From positions 21,278,954 through 21,342,953 of the forward strand of contig CP154954.1 in the NCBI GenBank assembly GCA_039621445.1: a stretch of DNA of 64,000 nucleotides, read 5' to 3'. A program made the translations under genes and the position numbers. This document shows positions 42,555 to 54,988 of this stretch, piece by piece. The notes below the pieces were generated by a model. The model did no database searches, was not told the DNA's origin, and was given only the letters and a program-made list of their open reading frames with translations. How positions within the stretch are numbered: position 1 is the stretch's first letter; the number at the start of each line of letters is the position of its first letter. The DNA is from Euglena gracilis (lineage: Eukaryota).

Positions 42555-45500
42555 GTCTCAACTTCCACAGCGCCTGAGGGGTGTCTGTCAGATCCCCAAC
42601 GTGCAGTCGGAGGGCATCCGTGGCTGCGCCAAGCAGGAGGGGGCGAAACGCTGCGGCGACCTGGGAGCAGTCCGTTGCCTCAGCTGGACGAGTTTGGATT
42701 GCGAAAGGTGTTGACTCCACTGAGCTGCTTTTTTGTGAGCTTGCTGCATACCTCGGTTTTCTTTTGGTTCAATGATGTATTGTTTAATTGTGCTGGAGTT
42801 CAGAGTGTGTCGCATTGCCAGGAGTGGACCAAGTGCTTCGTGCCGGACGTCCCCGAAGCCGCTTTGGCGGACGTTTCGGAACATCTTCAACAGCACGTGT
42901 ACGATGTCCTGGTGGACGTGCGCGATGCGCGGCTGCCACAATCATCCCTCCACCCACAATACCAGGAATTGGCCAAAATTGTGCAAGTGTGTGTGGTACC
43001 AAACCTGGAATGAAAGTCTGATGGATCCAGTGGCAAGAGCCCGACAATGTGTTTGAAATATTTTTTTGAAAAAAATGTTTTCTTGTCAGAAAGGTTGAAT
43101 ATAGGAGTACGCATGAAGTCGAGCTGAACGCACCAACCTGCTAGTCAAACTTTGTATGGGGGGTTGGTTTGTATTTTTTGGTGTTTGTTGCGTTTTGCAC
43201 GCTGGAGCTGGGGTCCTGACCGTATCTGATGTGTGACGAAGCTTTTTTACGCAAATGCTTTATGTGGTTTCACAAAGAAAATTGTGGACTGAAAGCTGAA
43301 AACTGAACGCGAATCAAATCATCCTGACGTGGGCAATTTCGTCTCCGGCTACCAAATTTGGCGGTGTTGTCAAAATTGGTTGGGCGTTTTCGCTCAGTTG
43401 CCTGCCCAGGGTTTCCAGCTCAGTCGCTGATTTGCGTTGCATTCTGCGGCGGTGCTCATCGGGCCCGTGCCAACCCCTCCCTCCCTCTGCCATCGCCTGC
43501 CTCCCTCCCAGGCCCACATCGTGTGCTACACCCACGCGGAGCGGCTCCGCCGGGAGGACCTCCACCGGGTCGCGGCGTGGACAGAGCACACCCACGGCCC
43601 CTCCGCTCAGCAGCTGTCTCTTCCCCAGCGTGGCGCCTGTGGGGAGGGGGAGGTAATGCAGATTTTTGAGGACCGGCAGCCACCCTGCAGGGTTGGTTGG
43701 CACGAAGCCCGTCACAAATCACGGTGTTCACTTTGCGGATCGAGCGATCGCCACTCATCCAAGTGTTCGCGATCTCGTTCCAGCCTGGCTACGGACATCA
43801 CGGTAACAGCCATGATGCCTGTGGGCTCGCTGAGGGCGGAGGGCTGGGCCGGCGACTGCTGAATGCACCGCCGTCTTCTTCCTGGACCTGCGGCGGGTGC
43901 GGCGAATGGACCGGAAGCAGCCCTGGCGGCTCCTTTGCCCACCCATGGTGGACTCGGGCGGGTGGGGGGGAGAGTGTTGGTTTGTGTAGAATGGGGACAC
44001 TCGTAATTGCAGGCCAGGGTTTTGGACAGGGTGCAGGCCAGGTATGGGGTCAGGGTTTGTGAAACTGTTGGGGTCGGGTGTGGCCCACCTGCTACTGGAC
44101 CAGACATGACGCCCACAGCAAGGATGCGCCATCCGGCCGACATGCCACGCGTCGCGGTCCCCCAGTCAGCAGCACGACCTGACTCCGGTGCCCAACCCCG
44201 ACAAGGTCCGGCCGCACCGCCAACAAGGATCAACAGCCGGTGGGTGCATGCATGTCGAACGGGCCACTGCCTTCATCGGAATGCCGGAATCCGGGGAACG
44301 CAGGGATCCCGAGGGGCCCCCAGCCCCCGGCCAGCGCCGCCCTCCGGCCCCTGCGGCGGGCGGTGGCCGCCGCGTGCCGGGCCGGCGGGGGCGCCGAGGC
44401 GCTGGTGGCGGGCCTCCCCAACGCCGGCAAGAGCAGCCTGCTGCACCCGCTGGCCCGCCGGTTCCTGCAGGCGGCGTGGAAGCGGAGGTCCGAGGACCAC
44501 ATGCCCCAGGTCACGTCCAGAACTCGCGATGGGGGACCCCCTGGTTGGGGGGGGGACCCCGATCTCAAGAAAATCCCGACATATGTGCTGTTGCTGAATT
44601 TTGGCGTGTTGCCACGTTGGAATCCACCAAGGCAAAAACTCTGTCACCATCCAGCCGCCCGAAATGCAGCTGGACAGAAATTAAAATTCCTTGATGGGGG
44701 GGGGGTGGGAGGGTGGTTGGCTGGACCATCTCCCATGGGGGGTGAGGAGGTGCTTTTCAATGCAATGCGTGTGTCGATAATTGCCCAGCCACTTTAAATT
44801 TTGGGTCTATAAATCAAAATCTTAATATTTTGACAACTATTGGGGCTTGTCTGTTACTTTGATTTTTTTGGCACCCGGTAAGACCCCTGTGGGTGCTGCC
44901 CGCGGGATTTGTCGGTATTTGTTGGGATTTCTCGGGATTTCTCGGGTTTTGTTGTGGTTTGCACGTTGGAGCTGGGATAGGTGACGAAGCTGTTTCGTGC
45001 AAATGATTTATGTGGTTTCGCAAAAAAAAATTGTGCAGAACTGAAAGTCAACCAGATCATCCTGACGTGGGCAATTTCGTCCCTGTGACCATATTTGGCG
45101 GTGTTGTAAGGATTGGTTGTTGGGCTTTGTCGGGATTTGTGGAACCCCCACCTCAAGGAGGCCAAAGAGATGTTGTCACGATCTGTTCTGATTTGTTGGG
45201 ATTTATCAGGACTTGTCGGGATGCATCGTTGGAGGTGCTTGGCAGCCACGTTGGGAGAATTTGTAGAAGAGGCGAAGAGAAATGTCCAGATGAAATTTTG
45301 GTGCGGAGTCATTTCACAAGTTTGCCTGCATCCCTCGCCAGTGTTATTGAGCCCAAAAAAACTGACTGGTCAGCATTTCAAACCGACCAGTCAGTCAGTC
45401 CGTCTGAAATACTGGGTGCATGTTCAGGAAAGAATGTCCAAGTCAACCATATTGCACTTATATTTTTCCTTGCAAGGCAGCACCAAATAGGACGAATTTG

Positions 45501-48500
45501 ATTTGGGTGCAAATGCTTAGGAGAAAATAATAAAACGACCCCGGGCAGGGGGCGAGGAAGAGCAGAGGCTGGAGATTTTGGACTGGCAGAAGAAAGGCTA
45601 CTGGCTTACTGCCCCTGATCAAAGTGTTTGGAGGTGCATGGCGGCGCATAACCTGGCGGGAGGTGCTGGACAGCTTGCCTCTGAGGGAAAAGTTGCCGAC
45701 TGGTGGGTTGGCCGACTGAAAGGAACACCCCCAGGGGTCGGTCAACAGTCAATGATCCCGAGCACATGAATTTTGAGGTGGTTTTTGGCCAAACATCGTC
45801 TCTTCCGCCGGCGTTGAGCCCTGGGATGGGTCAGGGTCCCCGCCGCCCCCCGCCACAGGTTGCCTGCAAGCCCGGCACAACCACCTCCGTGCTGCCCTAC
45901 CCCATGCCCAGTCCCTGCTGTGCTGTTCCCAGAGAGCGAAATGGGGGAAAGGGAATTTGTGGTACTGCCCCATCCGAAACCATGTCGTGTTCGAAATCAA
46001 CCCCCGTGGTACATGGGCGTTGGGAGCCCACTTCTTCTTGTTGTTGTTGTTGTTGTTATCATCGTCGTCGTTGTTACTGCAATTGCACAAGTGGTCCAAA
46101 ATTAGTTGTATTTTTTGATTTTTTTTTAATGGTGATTTGTGAAGAAAAAAAAGGGGGGAGTCAACAAAACAGCGCCCGCAAAGTGGAGGTGTTCGTGCAG
46201 CATTCCTGAACGCAATGTACAGCATGTACAGCATGTCTGAGAGGGTCAAAGAAAGCGTGTCAGGGTATTGCATCATATGCCATATTTAACTTTTATAATT
46301 CAACGTGTACACACCTTCACATAATCTGCAATTCATCGTTTATGCGGTCAGCTTGTGAAATTGCACAATTAATTCTCCTCAAACCGACCATTTGCGCTAT
46401 TGCGCTACCGACCATGGACGCAATTATGGGAACGTCCATTCCCATAATTGCACAAGTGGACCATTTCCGCAGTTGCCCAAGTGGTTGGTTTGCACATTTT
46501 GCAACTGGTTTGTGTGTGCAATTGCGCACAGGGACCGACAGGAACAATTTTTTTTTAAAATAAATCAAATCAAAGTGTAAGTTTTTGTGGAAAGCTCAAT
46601 GTTGTCTGCCCCACCGACACCCCAAGTTGATGAGGCAGCCGTTGGAAGTTTCCCAAGCACACATGCTGGGTGTCCATGTGCTGCACGTATGCTGTTTGGG
46701 ACACCTGCCTCTAGAACACCATAAACTCTGCCTCAACGGTCCTGCGGCACCAGACCACGTCCTGATCATATTAAACAGGTTTAGGCGCCGTTTGTTGGGA
46801 CTTTCGAAAAACACAAACAGTGCGTTTGCGCAATTCCGCACGGCCAATATTGTTTTAAGTGCGAGATCGGCTGCCTGACTGGTTTGGGTTGATTTCAACG
46901 CGGCGGCCACACGTCACATAAGCCACGGAACACCGGCTTTCGGTCACCCACAGCTTTCAAACGTGCGCCATGTGTGCCGCTTGCGCAGGGGAACAACGTT
47001 CATGTGGGCAGTCCGGTCCGGCAGTCCGGCAAATCATTCTGTGGACCAGGCTTGTGCTTAGTCGGGTGCACCCCCCGGGGGGTTGGGCCTTTGGGGGTGC
47101 CTGCCTGTAGCAGGCACCCCCCTCCAACCCCGGCGCCAAAGGTGCCGGCGGCCTGGAAAAGGCCATTTTCAATGAAAATTTTCTGGGTCCCCCCAACCCC
47201 CCCCCCGGGGTGTGCCTGCTAGGGACAGGTACCCTATAGCACCCACCCACCAGCATGCTGTGGGGCCTAGGCAAAAGAGGGGGGTCCCGCGGGACGCCCC
47301 TGTCGAGTTGTGAACTCAACCGGACCGGTCGAGTTCGAGGGGGAGAGGGGGGTCCGTGGTCTGGACTAACAGAAAACAATGGGGGAGCCCAGGCACCGTG
47401 GGACCCCCCCCCCCGCAGATGCTGAACAAGATGCAGATTGAACAAGATGTCGACACTGGACAAGATGCAGATGCTGTACAAGTGCAGATGCTGTACAAGA
47501 TGCAGATGCTGGACAAGATGCAGATGCTGGGCAAGATGCAGATGCTGGACAAGATGCAGATATTGGAGAAGATGCAGGGGATGCAGGTACTAGACAAGAT
47601 TAAGATCTTGACAAGACGCAGGTATTGGATAAGATGCACACACCAGACAAGATGCAGTGATTGCTGATGCAATGTCCTGGTCGAGGTCCGAACTCCCCTG
47701 TCGAGGTCCGAACTCAGCCAGACAGGGGGGGGTGGGAGGTAAGGTTGGGACGACTACTGTGCCCCCCCCCCCGAGTTAGTCACCCCCCCCCTACCTGGGT
47801 TGTCCCCTCTTCGTCCCCCGGGGGGCGAATACCGTCCTGCACCGCCGGGCCTGCCCCCCAGCCTGCCGGCCGCAGTGGCTCTGGGGCATCGACACCCCCG
47901 GGCTGGACCCCCCGGCGACAGCGTTCCAGGAGGACCCAGAGCTGGGCTCAGGGGTTTTCTAAAGCCGGAGGGATCCTCCCCCAGGGGGGGGGTCCATCCA
48001 GCCAGCACGTTTTTTCCAGCCAACAACTCCCTCCCCAGGTCCGCCGAAAAACAGTTGGGGCTGGACCAAAAACTGCCAATGGTTTTTTTCGAGAGAGAAA
48101 AAATTGGGGGAAGGGGCCAAAAATGGTATTTTTTGAGGGGATTTTGAGCTTCCCTGATTTTTTTTGAAAAATCCCAAAAAAAAACCAAGCTGAAATTGCA
48201 TTTTTCTTTTGCCATTTTTTAGGTGCCAGGCAGGTCCAGCTGCAGGGAGGGGGAAAATATGCACCGTGCAGTTTTTGCAGTTTTTGCAGTTTTCACGTTT
48301 TGGGATTTTTTTTTGCAGTTTTTTGCAGTTTTGCAGCTTTTTTTCTGAAAAAACTGCACACGTGCAGTTTTTTGCATTTTTTTTTAATTCCAGTTTTGAG
48401 GAAACCTGAGGTGTTTATTTTTTGGTGGTCTGCGCCTTATTATGCTGGATTATATGTTTGAAGGGTGTTTCACAAAAGAAAGCATCATCTGTTCATAAGT

Positions 48501-51500
48501 TGTGCTGTCTACAGCTATCCCATCAGTTGTCTTGCCCCCCAATTGTTCTGCCAACTGCCTTGCCTCTCAATACAACAGAGATTGTTGTAGCCACCATTCC
48601 AAAAAAAAACAGATTGTTTCGGTGACAAGGCCACAATTACTCCTCAACCAAAATTGCTCCATCTCCAACCTGTGCATGTGGTGACAGATGTCACGATGCT
48701 TATTTTGGCAAGTGTCATTTGCACACTCCTGAAAAGATTCAACTAATTATGTTGGGATTCCTAGGGACTAAATCCAAAAACTTTTTTTGTGTGCAAATTT
48801 TGGTTGAAGTTGAATTTGAGGATTTTGGAATTTGTCAGCCAAAGCTCCTGACGAATGAATGAATGAATGCTTGGGTCTTGCCCCAAGCATTGTGGCCAAA
48901 TGTCGCACAAGCCAAATGCTTCAAAGTGCAAAAAATTCTTTCTTATTTGCAGGAAATTCCCAGGTGGTAGACCATTTGGCAATCCCCTCAATACAATGTT
49001 CAAAGTTTGCGATGGTTGTTGTAGATTTTTTCTATCGTGACATGGGGAAATTTCACCAGGGGATGGACCGAAAGTTCCAAACTGAAGATCCCCTGCAAGA
49101 ATTGAAAGCATTGAAAATTTCTGTGTACGGGTATTTTTGCATTTTTTTCCACATTTAGAAAGGAAACCGTTTGCCAGGGTTTGATATAAGGAGGGCGTAC
49201 ATGGTTTAGGTGGGGGGGTGTCCCCCCCCACCCCCCCCCCCTCCTGGCCCGCAGGGGGGGGGTCAGGACCCCCCCCCCCCCACCTGCCAGGGGGGTCCGG
49301 ACCGACCCTCGGGGGGGTTCCCGGGACCCCCCCCAAAAAGGGTCAATTTTTTCCTCCGGCGCTTTGCGCCGAAAATTTTTTGCATTTTTGGCACATTTTT
49401 GCCCAAAAAGTGCCCAAAATGGCACTTTTGGTCGTTTTGGGGGGTCAAAAATTTTCGGCCACCCTGACCGCGCACCTGTTTAGGTGGGGGGGGTGTCCCC
49501 CCCACCCCCCCCTCCTGGCCCGCAGGGGGGGGGGGTCCGGACCACCCCCCCACCTGTCCTTATATCGAACCCTGCCGTTTGGTATCTTTGTGGGCATGGT
49601 TGGTACAAGTTTTGGTGCAGGAAAACCGGTGTGACCCGGCATCCAAACACATGCCTTGCATTTCAGTGCATGAAAAACCATGTTCAGTGCACCTTGATTG
49701 ATTGCTTCCATTTTTGTCGTCATCAGCTCCAAAGCTGTGCAAAAAAAAAGTTATGTGAATTGGGGCGTGCTCGTGTGGTCGCAATTTACGTTGTTTTGCA
49801 TGTGCACACCAAGTCAGCTTGTTTATAGCTATTTTTTGTTGAAGTGCAGTCTTTTGCAGTTTTTTTGCAGTTTTTTGCAGTTTTTTTTTGCAGTTTTTTG
49901 CAGTGCAGTTTTTGACCAGCCTGTGTGCAGTTTTTCCCCCCCCCCCCTGCCAGCTGCCGCCGGCCGCCCCCCCCCCCCCCCCGTACTCCCCCCCCCACAG
50001 TGGTTCCAGCCATCACCTTCTTTTCCGGCTAGCACCATTTGCCAGCCAGCTTGTGCCCCCCCCCCCCGGGTCCATGAGAAAACCCCTAGATGGGCTTCAA
50101 GCTGTTCCTCACAGGCCATCTGCGCCGGGGCAGGGCTCCATGTGCGGTGGACGTTGCCGACTACGTGCTGTGGAAGTGCAATTGGGTGCGTCCCCTGTGA
50201 CCTGGCCCTTGGTGGGGGCTGGAATGTCGAGGCAGGTTTTATCTGGTGGAGGCTGGCGGGGACCGGAGGAGGGGGCTCACATTTACATGGGTGCGCTCCA
50301 GTGCAAAAGCTCTGATGCCACATATATTCATGTGTTGGATGAATTACCCACGTGTGCACGCAAACCAATCACGCCCCCCCCCAAACTGAAGCTCCGGAGG
50401 TGGTGGTGCGCTTCAATTTTGGATTTTGATATTCTTTTGGGTTTGCATCATTATGGGGATTGTGTTTAATGGATGGCCACCTTTGGGAATTGATTTTGTT
50501 GTTTTCACAACAAAATTACTGGAAAGAGTAACGGCAAAAATATTTGAGTGTTCTGTTTTGCCCCATTGGAATTTGTCATTTTTTTTTAATTTAACGGCTG
50601 TCAATCCATGCAATGTTTGGAAAGGGTCACAATTTCTTCCAGGGTTTGCCCATGCGACCAATACAACCACCAACGATGAGAATCTCCCCAAGCTCCAATG
50701 TCTTTTCCAGGCTTCTGTTTAAGGAAGTAAGGGGAGGTGCTATGGGCAGGTGGGGGGTGGGGGTTGAAAGTGGGTGGGTAGTGCTATGGAACATCCTCCA
50801 GTGCCGAAAGGCACCAGGGACCCGAAAACGACCATTGTCAAGAGAAATTGGTCGGAGGAAGCTATCATGATAACCGCTTTTGCGGATGTTTCGGGCCTAC
50901 AAACTGCAATTGGTGACCTACAATGCCGCCTTGCGCAACTTTCAACCACAAATCCCAGTATGGGAGCACTCAGATCCACTGTGGCTGATTTGCACAATCA
51001 GTTGCAAGTGGATGTGAGCAAAATTGAATCCGCATTTCTGGAATTGCCGGCAACGTGTCCAAAACTGTGTGTGTGGGGGTGCTCGCATTGGGCAGGCGCC
51101 CCATAGCACCCAACCCCCCGGGGGGGGGAGGGGTTGGATAAGGAAGCCTGGTCTTCTGTTATCGTCAGAACTCAGCCATTCTCCCCATGTCAGCTTAATT
51201 GTTCTTTCCACATCTGTGATCTGAAGACGGATCCCAATGGTCAATCGAGCAACCATTGCTTTCTCATTGCTGTCTCTACTCAGCTTCGCCACCATTTCTA
51301 TGTTCCGATTTTAAAACTCCGTTCACCCCAGTGCTTGTTGACTCCCAAGGTGGATCACTTCGGGGTTTTCCCTCCAATCTCCGTCCACCACCCACTCACC
51401 CAGCCATCTGCACACACAGGGAGAGGCAAGAATACAGACACCCACATGCACACATATACACACAGACACATACATACACACATAAATTGTATACAATCAC

Positions 51501-52683
51501 ACACGTGCAGACGCATACATCCACACATACATGCATTCACACAATCACACACATATATGGACACATGCATACACACATACGCATATGCACACATACCGAC
51601 ACATACACACACACACACACATACAAGCATTCACACATGCACATTCACACATGCACACATACAAGCACATGCATACATATGCACACACACACATGTATAT
51701 GCGTACACGCACATACAGACAGAAGCACCCACACAGGTGCGCACAGACACATAGATTTGCAAAATGGAATTTTGCTTTTTTGTCGCAACCAATGGATTCC
51801 TGAAGCGGTGGGTTGCTGCCAGGGGCCTACTGATGACATCCAATTAATCCTGCGACAGTTTATGGGAGTGGCAGATTACGGTGTGACCTGGCGCCCCATG
51901 CAGCCACTGCTCAATTTCTCCACCTCCCCGGATCATGGAAAATATTTTTTACACATGTATGAAATTTTCATAGAACGCAATGAGTATACATCACATATTG
52001 TGACATATCACATGATGTTTCCTTGCCGTTTTTGCTGACACATCGGTGTCTACATATGAGTGTGCATTGTGTGCATGCGTTGATGGGAACCTTTTGGCCC
52101 CAGGGTTTGATATAAGGAGGGCGTACATGGTTTAGGTGGGGGGGTGTCCCCCCCACCCCCCCCCCTCCTGGCCCGCAGGGGGGGGTCCGGACCACCCCCC
52201 CCCCACCTGCCAGGGGGGTCCGGACCGACCCTCGGGGGGGTTCCCGGCCCCCCCCCCCAAAACGGTCAATTTTTTCCTCCGGCGCTTCGCGCCGAAAATT
52301 TTTTGCATTTTTGTCACATTTTTGCCCAAAAAGTGCCCAAAATGGCACTTTTGGTCGTTTTGGGGGGTCAAAAATTTTCGGCCACCCTGACCGCGCACCT
52401 GTTTAGGTGGGGGGGGTTTCCCCCCCCCCCCCCCCCCCTCCTGGCCCGCAGGGGGGGGGTCCGGACCACCCCCCCCACCTGTCCTTATATCGAACCCTGT
52501 TTGGCCCTCCCTGCTGCCCATGCCTGGGCACCGGCTCCCTCCCTGCCGCCCGCAGGCGACCCGCGGGCGGAGGCCCGGGCGGCGGAGTGCTTCCTCGGGT
52601 TGGCGGCGGAGCACGGCTTCGACCGCCTCGTGCTGGACCCACTGCCGCTGCCCGCCGGGGCCCCCGGCCAGGCTCTTTTGTAA
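42555..52683 (+). CDS. RbgA/YlqF/MTG1-like circularly permuted GTPase, paralog A, multi-exon
   Basis: Exons 42555-42707, 42822-42986 (DVLVDVRDARLPQSSLHP), 43512-~43591 (HIVCYTHAERL, G4 position), ~43851-43896, 44324-~44520 (VAGLPNAGKSSLL, G1), ~47820-47945 (LWGIDTPGL, G3), 50094-50185 (GFKLFLTG..VADYVLWKCN), 51284-~51304, ~51802-51880 and 52556-52683 (AAECFLGLAAEHGFDRLVLD..stop). The G4-G1-G3 order is diagnostic of circularly permuted GTPases. Confidence 0.85.
47415..47660. repeat. 18-bp minisatellite (GATGCAGATGCTGGACAA)
   Basis: Tandem units inside a GTPase A intron. Confidence 0.85.
48243..49949. mobile_element. Second copy of the 36145-37419 element, 7-bp TSD
   Basis: ccagctg|CAGGGAGGGG...CCCCCTG|ccagctg; collinear similarity to 36145-37419. 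Confidence 0.88.
49175..49574. mobile_element. 400-bp MITE (CAGGGTTTGATATAAGG family) nested in 48243-49949
   Basis: TSD ccgtttgc/ccgtttgg; absent from the paralogous site near 37077. Confidence 0.9.
52101..52499. mobile_element. 399-bp MITE, near-identical to 49175-49574, perfect 8-bp TSD
   Basis: tttggccc|CAGGGTTTGATATAAGG...CCTTATATCGAACCCTG|tttggccc. Confidence 0.92.
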
Positions 52684-53620
52684 CTCGGAAGACCCCCCTC
52701 CCCGGGGGTCTGGGGCTGGAATAAACCCAATGTTGCTCACCCGGCCAGGGGGAGCAACACACGAGCGCTGGGGTGGGGGGTCCCTGGCCACTCGCCACAC
52801 AAACTGGGCCAGAAGCCAAGTTAGCGCCCGCCGCAAACAGAGAAGAAGGTGTGCAACTAAGGGGGTCTGGGGCTGGACCCCCCCCAACCCGAGGGGGGTC
52901 CCGGCCAGACTGGGCGGTGGGGGACCCTCCGGGGCCTCAAACAGGAAGCCTGCCCCCGGCACCTTGACGCGGCCGCTCCACTTCCCGGGGGAGGGGCCGA
53001 TCATTGCCACCAATTTCCGGCCGGAGAGTTTCCGTGGGCCTCGGCCAAGGGTGGTCGCCCCCCCCCTCCTTTTTTGTTTCCCTGCTGTTAGAGCAACACT
53101 GAGACATCCACTTGCCCAGGTTCAAAAGGGTTTGAAAGGCAGGGCGAAGACACAAAAAAGGCTGTATTTGTTAATTCTTTCATCGAGTCAAGAAAGAAGA
53201 ACAGGGGACACAGAGGCAGCACCAGGTTGTTGATCTGACGTTGGCGTGTTGCATGCTCGGGTGTGGCCATGTGTGCCCCAGCGGGTGTCCAGGGGGTGTA
53301 CATGAAATGTCCCTTGGACATTTCATGCACCTCACCCCACGTTGTGGGTCACAGTCAGCCCCCAGCCCCAAAGCCTCTCTCAGCCCAATTGGGTTTTGGT
53401 CATGTGTGCACATTGGCACTCCCCCACCCATGCAGCAGTGCCCCAGCTAGCTCTACTGCAAAAAAATTGAGGTCAGTCCTGTGAGAGTGCGCTTTGTGAG
53501 AATAGTCTCTTTCTGACTCTTTTCATATCATAAGGGATCAATCAGTAAAGGGAATTTTTTTGTCCTCAAGGATTAGCCTCAATTTTTGCACAGCACGTTG
53601 CAGCAAAGCAGGGGGCATGG

Positions 53621-54017
53621 CAGGGGGATTCAGGGGGGGAATGCAAATGTGTTTTTTGTATTTTTTGATTTTGGCAAAAATTGCATTTTTGGCGCTTTTT
53701 TTGCATTTTTTCTCCCGTGATTTTCGGATTTTTGCTGGAAAAATTTTGACCATGAACAAAATCCTTATTTTGTCCCTGATTTTCCCCGAGACCTAAAATT
53801 TTGTTATTTTTTTTGTCATTTTTGCTTTTTTGGTCAACAAAATGCTTATTTTTATGCAAAGTTCTCTCCAGTGGATAGGTGTACATCCTGGGGGAGCTCC
53901 TAAAGGATTTTACATGTAATTTTTTTTCGCATTTTTTTGTGTTTATTTGCTTTTTTTTGCAGTTTTTTTGCGGCGCGTTTTTTTTTTTTGAGGGTCCATG
54001 TTGCCCCCCCCCCCCTG
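53621..54017. mobile_element. MITE with CAGGGGG...CCCCCTG ends
   Basis: TSD gggcatgg/gggcattg (7/8). Confidence 0.7.
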
Positions 54018-54988
54018 GGGCATTGCTGCGTAGGGCCAGTGTTCACACACCATCACTGCAACCAATGGGCTGGCAGAGAGTTTAAGGTTGCTGATGACTC
54101 GCAACCCTTGAGGTCAATACAAGGTCGTTTATTACAATGCAGAAGGTTAAAATGGGCCACTGCATTCGGAGGGTCAAGATTCTGTGCCGAATAATGTCCA
54201 CCTTTGCCAGCAGGCATCGACGTCGGATTTGCCTGTGTCGGAGTCCGGAACATCCCATGCGGGGGAGCCATTCTTTGCTTCAAGGTCCACACCCTTGGAA
54301 TGGCTTGATTATTGTCTGGCATCATAACAGCTTTGCCTACGACCCCTCGTTTGGTCCCTCCGGATTGTTGTTGCTTTTATGGATTCGTCTCACCTGTGGG
54401 AAGTGTTGAGGAATGACCCTCAAATCACCACTCCTTTTGCAATCAACCAGGCAGGGCAAGGCTTGGCTTGCCTTGTACAAGGATACGCACCGTCCCCCCC
54501 CCCCCCCGCCGCCCGCTGAAGGGATCCCCCACAAGCAACTCCCCTGTTGTCACACAGGGCGGCCAGAGAAGAGTGGAGCTCCTGGGTCCAGGGCTTGGCT
54601 TCGCCCACAGGGCAGCTTCCGGTGCATCTTCTGATCTTTCGTACCCTCAAAATTTAAACTCCTGGGGTTTATTAGTCATGCGTGGTTTGAAGACCCTCAA
54701 AAAGGGCATTACATCAGGAAGGTCCATTTCTTTCAAGTGGCCTCAACGAACTTTTTCTGCCTCCGGCTGCAGTCAAATACCACCACCATTCCAATTTTCT
54801 TCTGTGTACCCGCAATTCTTCCCAACCACATGTTACCTCGGGCCAACGTTGACCATTTCATGTTATCCAAAATCCAGTGTCTTTTCAGAAAATTCTCCTT
54901 GAAGAGGGTCTGTTTGCAAGGGTAACAAAAATCAAACCTGTTGGGTTAACTTTAGGGGGAGGGGTTATGTTGACCCACCTGGCTGGCA

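Larger units (their letters stand above)
47949..50088. mobile_element. TIR element forming nonconventional intron 47946-50093 of GTPase A, with two nested insertions
   Basis: gctgggct|CAGGGGTTTTCT...AGAAAACCCCTA|gatgggct (TSD 7/8). Removal in the +4/-6 register gives EDPEL-GFKLF in frame. Confidence 0.85.

Noticed and set aside
46596-46910. FFESPNKR peptide resembling a hAT transposase segment
   Set aside because: It overlaps a degenerate noncoding terminus of the CTTAGG-family element and is likely coincidental.
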